A stretch of 57,049 nt of DNA from Trichinella spiralis (taxonomy: Eukaryota), in contig NW_003526945.1 in NCBI RefSeq assembly GCF_000181795.1, positions 380,405-437,453 on the forward strand, read 5' to 3'. Position 1 is the first letter of the stretch; each line of letters begins with the position of its first letter. The notes under the pieces were generated by a model that saw only the letters and a program-made list of their open reading frames with translations, did not search any database and was not told the DNA's origin. Positions 43,115 through 57,049 of this stretch are shown piece by piece. The translations under genes and the position numbers were made by a program.

Positions 43115-45136
43115 GTCGCTGTTCAATTTAGCAAAGAATGCTTGACGCCTACACATCAGTCAGTAGAAACAGTTGTCCTCCAGTGATGCGTCTCTAATAT
43201 AGCCTGCAGTTATTGGCAGTAGAATATTGTTTCACATATGTATACCAATCAAGAAAGAATACAAAAAATTTTGCACTGATGGTTTTTCTTTACTTTATCA
43301 GTCTGAATTGTTTCAGAAAGTAGAAAGCAGAAAATAGCAGTATTGATTTTATTTGCTAACATTTACGGTATCAAAGTAAAACTGCCAATTCATTTGAAAC
43401 TCACCAATCCGCAAATATTAGATGAATTTTGATAACAATTTTTAATTGAAATTAGCATTCACATATCCTTTTAAAAAGTACATTTAACATATCCTATATC
43501 AAAATAGAATTTTAATATTAGTTTTTCCTTTACATCTAAGCACAGTTTTATTTATTTACTGTTTAACACAATATTAGTTTTTGTTATTTGAGGGTGCAGT
43601 TTTCCAATTAATGTTTCGATGCTAATGAAGATTTCAAGCAAGCTTTTGCTTTTGTCAAAATTCAACTCCTACAGTTTTTTCCACCATTTTAAGATATGTA
43701 AGTTTTATTTTTGAATTTTATTTTATCGTATTCTATTTTACTTTATATCTTTTATTTTGCCCTATGCATGTGATTTATGGATCTTCAGAGAAGTTTTGAA
43801 ACATATTTAAATGTTACATTTTTGTTCATAATTTTTTACTTAATTTTATTACTTTATTAAGTTGTGCACAATTTCTTCATTGCTTCATTATCCATTTATA
43901 AATAATTCTTATTCGAAAAAATATTGAAATATTCACTTTAAACTATATAATAATTGCAATTATTTCCATTTAAAATTTTTGTTTGATACTGAAAAGTCGA
44001 TTATTAAAATAGTGTTACTAGTCAAAAATATCATACTTATTATATTTCTTATTATAAATAAAAAGTATGAATTATTATTAAAAGTTTACTAAATTCTTAG
44101 TTTCAAGCGAAATAGGTTTATTAAGTGTACTGTAAGTATAAGAGCCACGCACTGCTCAAAACACATACGTTCAGAATTTGTTAAATTATTTGAAAATAAT
44201 TTAACAATCATTTGAAAAGAAGCAGTTTTTACTGAACTAAATGAAAATAATATTAATTAATTACAAGGTCTTATCTTTTTCTAGTAAATTAATTTATTTT
44301 TTAAGTTATATTAAATTAATTTTGCCAAGTGTTTGCTTTCAAATATAATGTACTTAATGCTTAAGCAGAAAAATTAAGTTGATTTTGTTTATTCCTGCCT
44401 ATTAATTTTAGTTTCAAATACAATCACAAAATGTTCTGAAATTTATTCAAAAATTTATTCCATAATAATTTAGCTTTAACGTAAGACAATATTACATTAT
44501 GACAATTTTGACGTAAGAAAGAGCATAATCTAATGACGGCTTTTTTATTAAACAAAATGTTCTAATAAGAGTTTTGAATATAATTAGAACTTCATCTAAA
44601 CAAACTCTTGCAGAATTTATTTATCTAGAAGCTGTTAAATTTCTTTAAGAATTTAAGGTATTCATTTCAAAACAGTATAATAATACTGTTTTTGCATGCA
44701 TAAATTTGCAGCAGAGGATAGAAAGCTGCAGTTCACATTAATTTATAAAGAAAATGAAAACGCAATTTATGTTAATGTAAGTGTTGGAAAGGAAAAGGAT
44801 GAATAGTCAATCGATGTTCTTATCACTTCTTCAGTAAATATACTGTCGGCGGAAGCCGTCTCGAGGGATGATGTATCGTGATTGGTTGATTGCATCCAAA
44901 CAGGTCAGCTGACCAAGCCCAGTAAGCAGTGATTGGTCGGGATAGGTGAAGATAAATTATTTACAATTTAATTCAGTTTCAAGACGTCGTCAGATCAATT
45001 TGACAGGTGATCACCTTGCATACGTACTTCATCTGTCAGCATTCTATCGACCAAAAGAATTGATACTGTTGTATTAAAGCAAGTAGGGTTTACGGTAAAA
45101 AGCACTGCAGCAATCTCAATCTTTCAAAGAGCACTG

Positions 45137-45255
45137 CACGCAAATTTGTAACATGAAAGCGTGACGAATCCAGTCAACCATGTACGCAAATCGAAAAAGA
45201 CATCGAAATTTTAAGAGGTAAAGCACAGTTTTCCGATTTATAGACAAATTGCGTG
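45137..45255. promoter_or_regulatory. Cluster of XRE/AHRE-like GCGTG motifs around AHR exon 1
   Basis: CACGCAA at 45137-45143 (TTGCGTG on the - strand), GCGTG at 45159-45163, TTGCGTG at 45249-45255. Function is inferred only. Confidence 0.45.
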
Positions 45256-48200
45256 CTCTCTAACAATTTATTTTTCTATCTGTCGTAACTGGCATTATAT
45301 AATATGGCCTTCCGCTGTTTTAGCTTTCACTTAGCAAAGGTAAAGCCTAAGGATGAATGACTTTTTTGCTATCATCCCTATACAAATTTTATTATTAAAA
45401 AAATGTATTGTCATTAATGTTTTTCAGATAAGGAATTGCATCTTTTAATGCATTTTCAGTATTGCATTTTCCAGTACATGCATGCAATGAAGAGCTAGTT
45501 AGTTGAATGTGCACTCAAATTTTCATCTCAGTTGCATGTGGATGAAAATTTTAGAATTTTAATTTAAAAATTGAATAATCATTGTAAATTTTGTGTTTCA
45601 TTAATGCATATTTTACTGACAACTTGAATTTTGAAATTGTTTATGCATAATACATTTGAATGAAGCCATTTCTTAGTGTGCGTAAAATTTGTCCAGATCA
45701 GTTTTGAATAATAATTGTTTTAATGGTCAAAAAGTGGCATGAAAATCTGTAAAATGCATAGTAATAACTAGGTTGTCAGTTAACAAAAATATCTGAACTT
45801 ACGCTTTTTATTCAATCAAACGGTCATATACTTTCATCTTACATATTCTCCACTCTTATAGTACCATTTTCTTTATAGCTTGTGAAAGCAAAACCTTATA
45901 CTGCAACGTGAAATTTTACCATTAACTGATCTCACTGCACTGCTGATGCTAAGCTATAAATGTTCCTTTAAATTGCTTTGACATTGACTTTCAAAGTATT
46001 GTGTGGATTAATAGATGCATAGGATGTTACAAAAGGAAAACGTTTTTTATAAGTCATAAAATGCTTTTCAGATAATTTTTGTTTGTGATAGGGAAAATGT
46101 GATATTCTGGAGCATAATATTTGCGTGCCCTTAACAGTAGTAGGTTTTAATCTAGTCGTTTCCATCATAGGTATATTTTAGGATAAGTACTATATATGAA
46201 ATATATTTATTTTTTATATTTTTATTGCATTTTGTAACATTTTAAATATGCAAAGCAACTGCAACATTTTAAAATATTGCTTTAGCATAATCTAATAAAT
46301 GATCAAAGGTGATTTTCACTTTTTAATTTAGAGCTCTTCATTTTTTGAAATGCTAGAAATTTCCTTTTCATTTATTGCGAAACTACTTTTCATTTTAAAT
46401 TCAACTGAGAAGATTGTTTTCTACAATAAAGGACATCATGATTCTTCTCACTTATTTATTGAAAAAAGTTTTTTCATGCAGTTATGCACGTGTTATGCTG
46501 ATTGTGGGTAATTCAGATTAATTTCAGTTTGCAGTGTCTTCTTTATTTCTTATGAGAGGAATCGAATGGGTTTTAGTAGTTGAAATTGAGCATTGATTGT
46601 TGTTTCAAGCATTACAATATTTAGTTGAACTTAAAAAAATTCAATTTTAAAGAGTTTGATAAATGCTACACACTATCATTCTGTATTGAACATTACACAG
46701 CATGAATCTCACTGCAAAAAATAACTACAAATTATCATTATATGACTGCCGAATTTACACTGATAATAATTTCTGAATCAGTTTTACCAAATCAAGTTTT
46801 ATTGATGCAATTATAATTTTATTGTTGCTGTTTTTGAAGTGCGGTCGACGTAGTGTCATATCAATGAACAAAATGTAGTTGTTATAATGACAGACACAGT
46901 GATGATATCAAATCAGTCTATGTTTACTTGTTTGCATTTTCTGGCGCCAGCAATGTTTATCCATTAAGGAAATATTGGTCATACGGTAAGTTGGTGAAAC
47001 TTTTGAAAGTATACCCATTAACAAGAAGTAAGATGTGTAAATTGAGCACTTAAATACTTTTTTCAAATTATATACCCAGTTTACAGATATTATTGCATCT
47101 GCATGTTTTACAAGAAAATTATGCTGAATTTTAATCTTAAGGTTTTGCTATTTCAAATTTAATGTTCGACATTTCAAAGACAATTTTGCAATTAATTTAA
47201 ATGCAAAAATATTCTGCATTTTAACAAAGTGTTTTTTTTATTTACTTTAAATAATTTATTTTATAGAAAGAAAAATAAATAGCTCTTGCTTGCTTTCATA
47301 AATTGAATGACGTAAAAGTTCAAGTGGTTGCTAATAATATGGTAAAGTAGTTGTTGTATTTTAAAAGTTTACTGCCAAGCATACTTAATCAACATTAATA
47401 AAATATTGTGGAATTATTTATTTAGCTGGTTCCTATTGCCATTTTCCTTTTGCATGATTGAAGTTTTCTGCTGCTTCATTTGAACCTGCTAGAGCACTTT
47501 ACTTTCCACTGTTGTTTCACTGTAAAAGCATCTTCTGCTCAAACCACTTAATTGTGATCAAAATTATTTATCGACATACTCTCAAGTAATGTTACCTTTC
47601 TAGCAGTTTATTTTTTTGTACCTATTATAGGGTATTTTAATGTTTTTTGATAATTGTCAATAACAAAGCAGTAAGTTTAAGTTTCTGAAATTGAAGTTGT
47701 TATAATTCGTAGGTTATCTGCATATTTCATTAACTGACGATATGCATGTGTTATGAAATGTTTTTTCTTCTATTTCATGTAAATTAATGGAAGATGAACT
47801 GAATTTTAAACTTTGTTTATTTTTATGAACTTATTTTTGCCGTCAGTCATATGTTGTTTTTAATGCATCTTAAACTCAGGTAATAAATTTTTATAAAATT
47901 TTAATTAATTAATAATGAATAAATGGAAATTTAATGAAAAGATTTTTAAAGTAAATATGACAGATGAAACTTCCACAGTGAGCTTGATTTATTACTTTTC
48001 CCCAATGAGAAATAATTTCCAGGACTTCTTCATTTTACAAGCTATGATAAATCAATGTTTTTAGTGCTAAAATAATTTTGCTTATTTTTTATCAGATTTT
48101 AAAGGTAGCATTTATCACAGAATTTATTGCTTTTAGTTTTAATGAAGTGATACGTGTGAAAAATGATGGAAACCGTCATTACTTTATTCTTATTAATTTC

Positions 48201-51200
48201 AAATCATTGCAAAAACTTACATTTGCAAAAACTTCAACAAATTTAGAGAAAAAATGCATATTTTATTTTACTATATCAATTTTGACACTTCAGATAATTT
48301 AAGATAAAAGTTTTTAAATCTTATTTCAGTTGTCGTTGAATATGCACGCTATTCACATTGTAAACAAAAATTACCCGTGCATGTTGGATCTATTCAAAAT
48401 ATGCAAATTGACATTCACGAATTATCTTATATTTTTCTTTATCTAAAATTTGTTCACCGCTTATCGTTATCTGTAAATTGCAATTTTCAGCAATTGTTTA
48501 CTGAATAATAAATTTACAGAATGTAAATAGTCGCAATATTTTTATCAATTGATGAGCCATTGCAATTTATAATTCCTAAATTCAGTGCCATTTGCATGGT
48601 CTTTAATTGCATGTTTTAATGGCATGAAAACCAAAATTTTGTTCTAAATTTGATGCAAAAAAGCAAAGTAGAGTTTCCAAAGCAAATCTTTTTGCTTTTC
48701 TGTTTCACTTTAACCTACAGTAAGTTGCAGTTTTTGTTTAACATCCATTGTGATGTAGAAATGACTGCTTAACTGCGCTTTTAACAATTGTAAACACTGT
48801 TTACTGAAAGCCGTCAGCTTTTTGCAGAATTCGTGCAGAAAACGTCGTTCAACCGAGCGGAAGCAATCCAAGCAAGCGTCATCGAGAACGGCTCAATTCT
48901 GAACTAGAAGCTCTTGCTTTTCTCCTTCCGTTCGAGAACACGATCATCAGTCGCCTGGACAAGCTATCTATTCTTCGCTTGGCCGTCTGCTTTTTGCAAG
49001 CAAAGAACGTGTTTCAAAGTAAGCAAATTCGGGCCTGCTGTGTGGATAGGGGTGTTAAGCATGGCTTGCGTGATGTCGCCGTTTAGAGAATGCTTCTGGT
49101 ATTCTACTGTATTTTGAGTGGGCGTGTTGTCATTGTTGCTGATTTACCGTAAACTACCGGCTGCGCTACATCACTGCAACGCCAGATTAAGAGCAATCAA
49201 GTCAAGTGTGAGTTAGATGCTTGAAAAAAAGAACTCACACTTGAAAACCAAATGCCACTCCAACCTTAACAGTGGCATATTTCCTCTTAGTACAATTCAC
49301 AGATGTGTAGAAGCACTTGACACTGACTGTAGTCTTCTGACGCCGACAGCGGCCAAAGTACTAACTTAGGCAAACACAGACTGTCGACATATTGTTTGGG
49401 TAAATTTGACCTTAGCACTATCCAATCCAAGCGGTCCATCACAGTAGATGGAAGGTATTGATCAATTTTAAAGTACTTATGAGTAAGAATTCCGGAAAGG
49501 GATCAATTTCCCTCCATATTTTTCAACATTTCTGGATTTACTTCACCAATCGGCCAAGTCACGCAATCTGTGTCGGCTGAAAACGGGTCCAAAGTTGAAT
49601 CGATCAACCACAGCAACGTCAAATTCGAGTTCGCAATTTGCAATAACATCTGAGTGGTAATTACAAACCTGAACTGACATCCTGCACTACCTCAGCGCAA
49701 TTATCTGCTATAGAATTGTAGCGTTCGGCCACCTGCCGCCGCGCCTTGCATTGATTCTATGTTGTCGACTGAAAAAGAAAGCAACGATTAATAACGCCAC
49801 TTTGCATTAAATGGCCACTTTCTAGACGGTCGATTGCTACCTGTCCATAGTTTTAACGTCTTGACCGTCCACAGATTGTGAGCTTCATCGATTCCGTCTT
49901 TTTAGATAAGCTTATTTTCCAAAATGAGTACAGCGCTAGTAAGGTACTTAGCCTGATGATTTGCAACAGGGCGATAAGGCGGCAACGATTATGTCCGTCA
50001 GTGGGACATGCTTAATTCTAATTTTAATTTTTATAAATACTCTGATATCTCTGTTTCAGTTTCCGCTCAGTTTCATCACCACCTGACATAAAAGTATAAG
50101 AGCATCTTTTACTGTGTACAATATTTGGCAACCAATTTTTTCTGATAATTATTTTTATCCTAAATGTACAATCAAGTTTGAAATGGAAAGAAGCTCTCAT
50201 TTTCACTCTTACAAAACAAATATTCCACTGAAAAACTGAAAACAATTTCATTTATATAATGAACAATTATCAGTCTGTAATATTGGGGTTTTATTATGCA
50301 ATGATTTTGTTTTGTTTTCATGTTTCATGTTTGTGTATCGGGTAGAAATTCATTTTGGAACGTTTTTTATTGCTGCATTAATAATATATTAGTACATTTG
50401 TATTTTTATTATTTATAACAAACATATTTTATTGAGGCATTATTTATATTTTTAGCAGTATAAAAGTAAATGTTTGGCAAAAATTAATATGAACAATTGT
50501 GCTGTTTAAACATTTCAAAAATTCTTTATTGCGTTTATTTTATTTTTATAAAACATTTTCATTAACAGTTTGCAGCGTTTTGCAAAACAGAAAATTTGCA
50601 ATAATATTTTGTGCTAAACTTCATTATATTTTTTTAAATTTTGAAGCATGTTTATGATCACAGTTTTTGAATTTGCATTTGTAATTTTATTGGAAATATT
50701 TTCAATTGAAATGAAAATTAATTTCAGATATTTTGAAACAACATTTACAATGTCTTTATTTCCACGACTATCCATTTCTGAGCAACTCAAAATTTGAAAC
50801 TGAAAATGTTTTAATGACGGCGCTTTCTGGATTTTTGCTGATGTTGAATCAAAATGGTGATGTGCTTTATGTGTCAGAAAATGTTAGCACGTATCTTGGA
50901 TTTCATCAGGTTTTAGTATAACCGTTGAGTGCATTTTTATGAACCTGAAAATGAAATTTTTTTAGTGTGACGTTTTGCATCAAAGCGTTTTTGATGTAGT
51001 GCATTCTGAAGATATTGAACAAATCCGATTGGTTTTACAGGGAGTTTCAAACTCCGGAAATCAGGGAGATTTCTTTAGTTCACCTGCTTCAGCCATTGGT
51101 AATGCATAATATGCAGGCATATTTTATGATGAAAGACAGTCATTATTAATTATTGTTTACTTTTAGATGGATGCGTGTCCGTTCACCGACAGGCAGCTAT

Positions 51201-54157
51201 TCGTTTTCGGTGCTTTATGGACAATACATGTGGTTTTTTGGTATAAAAGAAACATTATTTTTCAGAAAAAATTACAATTATTATTAGTGTTGTTATTGTA
51301 TTATCATCATTATTATTACTATTACAGAGATTCGACGTACGTGGAAAACTTGTAAAATTGGAAGGCTTGCTGCCAGTGCCAACGTGCCAAGTGAATTCTT
51401 CAAATCGATTCCAACCAGGAATGCAAGAACCCTATGGCTTTCTAGCTGCATGTGTTCCAGTAGTTGTTCCAACTCACGTTGATCTTGGTATTGAAGGATC
51501 ATTTTTGAAAAGCAAACACTCATTGCAATTAGTTTTGTGTTCTTGTGACGAAAGTTTTATGTGGGTTCTTGGAGTTAAAGATTCATCCCTGCCAATTTCA
51601 TTTTATTCGTTTATTCATGAACACGACATTGCATTCATCGCTGACGCACACAGACAAGGTAAAGTGTATTTAATAATTGCCACTTTGTCAAGGTAAAATG
51701 AGCCCTTGGCCTAGATTAGCCGGCGCCAGTTATTTGGTGTCAGCAGCGCTATTGACCTTGTACAAAAGGGGGGGAGGGAAGAATGAAAGAAACATTTAAA
51801 ATACTTTATTGAAAAAAATACTAAGGAAATATGTTTTTCAAAATATTTCTGCTGTTATTTTTGCATATTTATTTGTATTACTGTTATTATTTTTTGTATG
51901 ATAATTCAGTTTATGGAAATTTCTTCACTATACATAAGCTATTAATTTTCATCGAACGAGTGCTGCTTAAGATTCATCAAAAAATTTTAAATTTCCATTC
52001 AGATTTATAAATAAAATATAGTACTAAGACATTAATTTTTTTCGGAACATTTTGTCGAAAATTTTCAACAACTGAAGCTATCATTACACGCCATAAATTA
52101 CAAAATCAATGGAATTAAAGTTTAATGAGCATTTGGTTTATTACATTTCTGAAGTGTAAACGCAGGAAAAATGTTATAATCATTTTTTTTAACTGAGCAG
52201 CTTTTTTTAAAGTATTGTAAATATTGTTCAGTGTGATTTAAATGAAATTGAACGTTTTTGTAAATTCAGTTCAGATGTGCAACTTTGTGAGCTCATAAAT
52301 GTTAAAGGTTTATTCCCACTGAATTGTTTATGCATTGGCGTAAATTGAATGGGATTATAGAAATTCGATGAGTATTATTTATCGCAATATCAACATATTT
52401 TCAGTCTTGGCCACAGGCAGTGCTGGTATATTGGTGTACAGGGTAAGAAGTAAAGTAAAAAATACAGAATATTGGCTACAGACAAGTTGCCGCCTTTCAA
52501 CAAAGAATGGCAAACCTGAATTAATTACATGCACGCATCGGTTATTGACGTAAGTCAAAGTATTAATAATTTCTGATTGACATGTGATCATTTGTAAAAT
52601 TAAAGTTTGAAAGCATCGTAAAACAGTTTTTTTCAATTATTATAGAAAGAATCATTTCATTTTATTTTGATATGTAGTGTTAAAATTTGTTTTGAACTGT
52701 TTTTTTGTTTCTTGTTTATATTTTACATTTTCTAATAATTGCTCTCATTGTCGTGTTCTACCTTCTTTATTATTCATTTATAATTTTTTCTGATAATTCA
52801 TTGATGATTTTTTTATGTCAAGCAACAGTGATAGCATTGTAATATCCTGTCCACAACACCATTACTAGCGATTAGCATCTGTCATTTACTGACGGTTTTT
52901 TTTATTTATGAAATACGTTGTTTTCCTGCACACGTTCATTTGAAAGGATCATCAATCTATAATTAAGCATATGATTAAACTTTAGACTGATTAGTGTGAG
53001 AATTTCAAGACAGTTTTCATAAAATGAATAAATTTGAAAGTTACATTTTCATCCTACTCATACTGAGGAATTAATCTTAACGTTCGTTAGGCTAATTTAA
53101 ATTCAACTTTTTGTAAACCTAAATGTCGTTAAAAAGTTACACTACAACTTGATGTTTCATTTCACGTTTATTATAATAAATAAATCCATTACAAGTGGCA
53201 CTACATTCTAGCAACATTTTCAATGTTTTTCTATTTCATATTTCAATCTTTGTTTAAACACAGATATATGTTTATATGTATACGAATAAGTAAATTGTTC
53301 TTAAACATTACAGTTACAGTTGTAAGAATTACTTTTTTCTGTAAAGTGATTACTGTGAGTTTGATTTTTTATGATTGATTCAAAGCTTTTGTACAAAAAA
53401 TCGCCATATTCTTTTCTTCATCATGATTATTTTAAATAATAATTTCTTTTTATGATATATGCTTTAGATGTACTTGTTAATGTATGTTTGTTTTTAATGC
53501 TTAATTTTTATTTTCTTAAGAGAATATGAAGGTAGCATGCTGTTGGACATGCGCGATTCTGCAGAAATGAAATATCCCTCCATTCTCGATCCAAATCATT
53601 ACGACAGAGCAAACATCGAACCTGAGATGCTTTTTGCTTACAGTCATTTGACAAATCCAGTTGCTTCAGCCCTTCCAGTGAACACGAAAATGAAAGCCGT
53701 TTGGAAAATGGCTCCATTGAGCGACAGCAACTACTTCAACAAAATCGACTCCAACGCACCTTCAGCGCTGACTGGTCCAAACGTCACCGACTTTGCACCA
53801 TTTTATCAAATGACAACAATGGGAGCTCATCATCATCATTTGAACAGTTACGGGGCAATGATGGAAATGCCGTCAAATTCGGACAGACTCACGCGTTCTG
53901 CTCAGCATCCTTCTTGTTCGGCAACTTCACCTAGCTATTACAGGCCGGCGTTTAGCGGCTATCATCACAGCTTAATTTTGAACGACAATTTTTCTGAATA
54001 CCAGAACAGTATGAAAACTTCATTTACTTGCCAGAAATCAAGTCGAATTGCGCCGACAGCAAATCAACTATCCGTCGACACCACCGTCGCGACCGTTCCA
54101 AAAACACTTGTCCAGGTACGAGATGGCACAATTGAACAGCAGTCTGATTTAAATTAA
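45180..54157 (+). CDS. ahr-1: Aryl hydrocarbon receptor (bHLH-PAS), ahr-1/spineless ortholog
   Basis: Exons 45180-45217 ([13 protein letters not shown]), 48828-49018 ([36 protein letters not shown]), 50728-50909 ([25 protein letters not shown]), 50966-51098 ([13 protein letters not shown]), 51167-51240 ([13 protein letters not shown]), 51328-51658 ([14 protein letters not shown]), 52405-52549 ([25 protein letters not shown]), 53521-54157. Confidence 0.96.
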
Positions 54158-55149
54158 TCGCATCCTTTAGGAGCATGCTGCTTCAAAAAGTTTCTCAATC
54201 ACCCAAGTGACGAACACTCTGTTGTGTCAGTAAATGCAATACATTCGAACAAAACATGCATGTTCAAATTGGAAAAATGCTTCATTATACAAGTAAATAT
54301 TTACATGATAAAAGATGAAAATGCTGAAAGAAAAAATACAGCAAAAAATCTTTAAACAAATAATATGTACAGATTTAAAATATAGGATACTTTTTAATTC
54401 AAATGTTCTTGCAGAGTAAAATATTCAAAAACAATAGTTACAATTTAGGTTTACAACGAACGTCCTTCCGGTCCCCATTAACATCTTTCTCTTAACTGGA
54501 TTAAGCTCCAGAATCATACCACATGTGCCACTATTTAAACTAATCTTCGCTGAGAAACGATGCAAAGACAATTTGCATAATTAGTATAATATGTAGTCGC
54601 CTAGAGATAAAATTCATTACAAATGGTATAAAATTAAATAAATTCACAATTTATGTCAAATTATTGGGCTCATGCATGGTAATTGTTCGAAACTGTAAAG
54701 GAATCCACCAGTATGTACAGTGGACATTATTCCAAGTATCTCAAAAACTGTGGTGAATTGCAATATAATTTTACGATTATTCCAAGCAATTGTGTGCCAT
54801 AAAAAGGTATGTAAATTATGAAAATCTCAAAATCTAAAATTTTTTGAGAAATTTGATGAAGTTTCCGATTTCAGCATTTGGAATTTTTAGAATAAAAAGA
54901 CTGGCATATTGCAGGAAAATAGCTTCCGAATGTGATAATTGTGAACAATTCTTATCTGTAAATTGCGATCAGTCAAAAAATTCTCCGAAAAAGGATTATA
55001 ATTTTAAAATTTTTATTATTTAAATGAACATTAGGAACAATTCTTGTTAAAATGATATCTTTTTTTTGGGTGAAAAAATTAATAGATCCGTTATAAAAAT
55101 TGACGAAACCAAACCATATGCACATTTAATTCACTTTTCTTTTTCATTA

Positions 55150-55640
55150 TTTTTTACATCGATTTCGCTAAAATCCTATATTAAGTTTCACTTTTTTGTG
55201 TATATCTCAAGCAAGAAGAAATTGCCAGCCGTCCAGATATGTTCGCAATAGTTAGCGAATAATTCTGTACCGATAAAAAACAATTGCGTTAATATTTGAA
55301 GAAAAAACATTTTCTGGAAAATTGCAAAATTTCATGTGCTATAGACCTGTTTGTTTTCGCGAAAATCAGGGAAAATTTTGCTTTCACAGTATTGACATTT
55401 TTCCATTGTTATAGCTTTACATTGAAAAAAAATACTGGATTGCAGAGATTCACTTTAAACTACAAAGAAGTTGTGGAATCAATGACCGCTAAATCCGTGG
55501 AAACAGATCAACGATAGTCGAATTTCAGAATAGGAAAGTTTTCAGATATTATAAAGAAGTAATCGTTGAAACTGCCTAGTGTTGTGCAATGTTTCTTTGT
55601 TTGGGCAAGTCGAATTTCCTTAATTTTCGGCCCATTTCGA
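55150..55640. repeat. Diverged local duplication, copy A (partner about 56535-57049)
   Basis: AACAGATCAACGATAGTCGAATTTCAGAATAGGAAAG..GCAAGTCGAATTTCCTTAATTTT aligns with AACGGATCGACGATGGTTGAATTTTGGTATAGGAAAG..GCAAGTCGATTTCCTTCATTTT. Weaker blocks upstream (GCTATAG, TAAAATC..ATATCTCA). Offset about 1.37-1.42 kb. Confidence 0.82.
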
Positions 55641-56534
55641 ATAAATTGAAAAAAGTTGTTTCAATACGGGTTAAGATGTGCATAAAATATTCCATTTGTT
55701 AGTTTTCAACTGACTTATCTCATTTAATCGACCAGTGGAAGGGAATTTTTCAAGCTGTTATCGCCAATATTTATTAACACCTGACTGTCTTATCGTATGC
55801 TCACTGTACGTTTGATTTTTTCGAAAAAATAATCATATCATTGAATATTGCGCTGTTCATGATCTTAATTATTCATTGAGCATCTCATTGATACCACACA
55901 TGTCGTTGTTTGATCGCATTTTCGCTTTGTTCATCATAATGATGTTACGCTTATGCAAATGAGCGTTAAATGTTGTATTTTGTCAAAATAATTAATTTCA
56001 AAGGGTTAAAATAAAATAAATTAACAATTTATGAAAAACCAATCCGCCTTTGATTAGTATTTATTGTAATTTTTCGACATATTTGCATACAAGCTATGTT
56101 CAACAAAAGGGTGCCTCAGGGAAAGTGCAATGTATTAATGAATTCTTTCTTCATATATGGAAGGAGTATTGTAGAATTATTAATTACAGATACTAAGAAT
56201 TATTCTCAATTGATGATTTAATAAGGTATTTGATAGAATTGCTTGTTTGTACACGTATCATTGATTGAGAAAAATAATGCAATATTAGATGAAAAGTGTA
56301 ATTCATTCTGTTTCTTTTAATAAGTCCTTATTTCTATATCGTTTGCAATGAATAAAACTGCGTAAATAAATTTTTTTAAAATTAACGATTACTGTATTAC
56401 AAAAAATGAATTACAGGTATAAATGTTATTAGAATCAGAGACATTTCTTGGAGGAATAGGTTGCAGTTTTTGCATAAATATTAATAAAATGGAATTCTAT
56501 TCTTTATTATCAAGATTTCAGGTTTCGTTTCCTT

Positions 56535-57049
56535 TTCTATCGCACGGATTAAAATCGCAAATTATGTGAGGTTTTTGTCAATATCTCATCAAATACGCTT
56601 TTGTACAACGTCTGACCAGGTTTGTAGTGTTTAATTTATTTTTTCTGATCAATTTAAATCATTTTCGGAATAACTTAAAATTTTCGACTTTTCAAAAAAG
56701 CAAGGCTATAGCCTTTGCTGTTTTTGCGATTTTCGAAAGTCGGCTTTTGTCACAAATTTCGCTTTTTTTGTTATATATTGCTAAAATCTGAAAAAGTAAT
56801 AGTTTCTGGAAAGTTCCACGGCAAACAAACGCGTACGTGTCGAATAAATGATCTCCAAACTTTCCATGTGCCTATCTTAATACACAGGGAAGCAGCCCAT
56901 CTGAAACTCCGTTGAAACGGATCGACGATGGTTGAATTTTGGTATAGGAAAGATTTTCGACATTATAATGAAGTATGCTTTGCAACTGCCAACACTTGTG
57001 CAATATTTCGTTGTTTTGAGCAAGTCGATTTCCTTCATTTTAGTCCAGT
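56535..57049. repeat. Diverged local duplication, copy B (runs off the right edge)
   Basis: See copy A at 55150-55640. Confidence 0.82.

Overview
AT-rich eukaryotic genomic DNA with many short (~55-90 bp) GT-AG introns and TTTTCAG-type acceptors. It is most consistent with a nematode, probably clade I such as Trichinella (inference from composition, intron size and the ahr-1-like N-terminus). I spliced ten protein-coding genes by hand, in order: 5' part of a ZSWIM4/5/6-family gene (-), SARAF/TMEM66 (-), a C18orf32/UPF0729 homolog (+), an SLC35A nucleotide-sugar transporter (+), RANBP3-like (+), an intronless BTB-BACK-Kelch gene (-), an orphan two-exon secreted Lys/Arg-rich protein (-), ERO1 (+), CEP290 (-) and AHR/ahr-1 (+). 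Structure not explained by these genes: a 541-bp Buster/Charlie hAT deletion derivative with TIRs and 8-bp TSD in RANBP3 intron 1; diverged ~300-bp direct repeats bracketing the Kelch gene; an RFX X-box upstream of CEP290; clustered XRE motifs around AHR's own first exon; tandem perfect hairpins in AHR intron 2; a multi-hairpin intergenic island; and a diverged ~500-bp duplication at the right end. I found no clearly new multi-gene system. The best leads are the orphan secreted basic protein and the repeat-flanked intronless Kelch unit.
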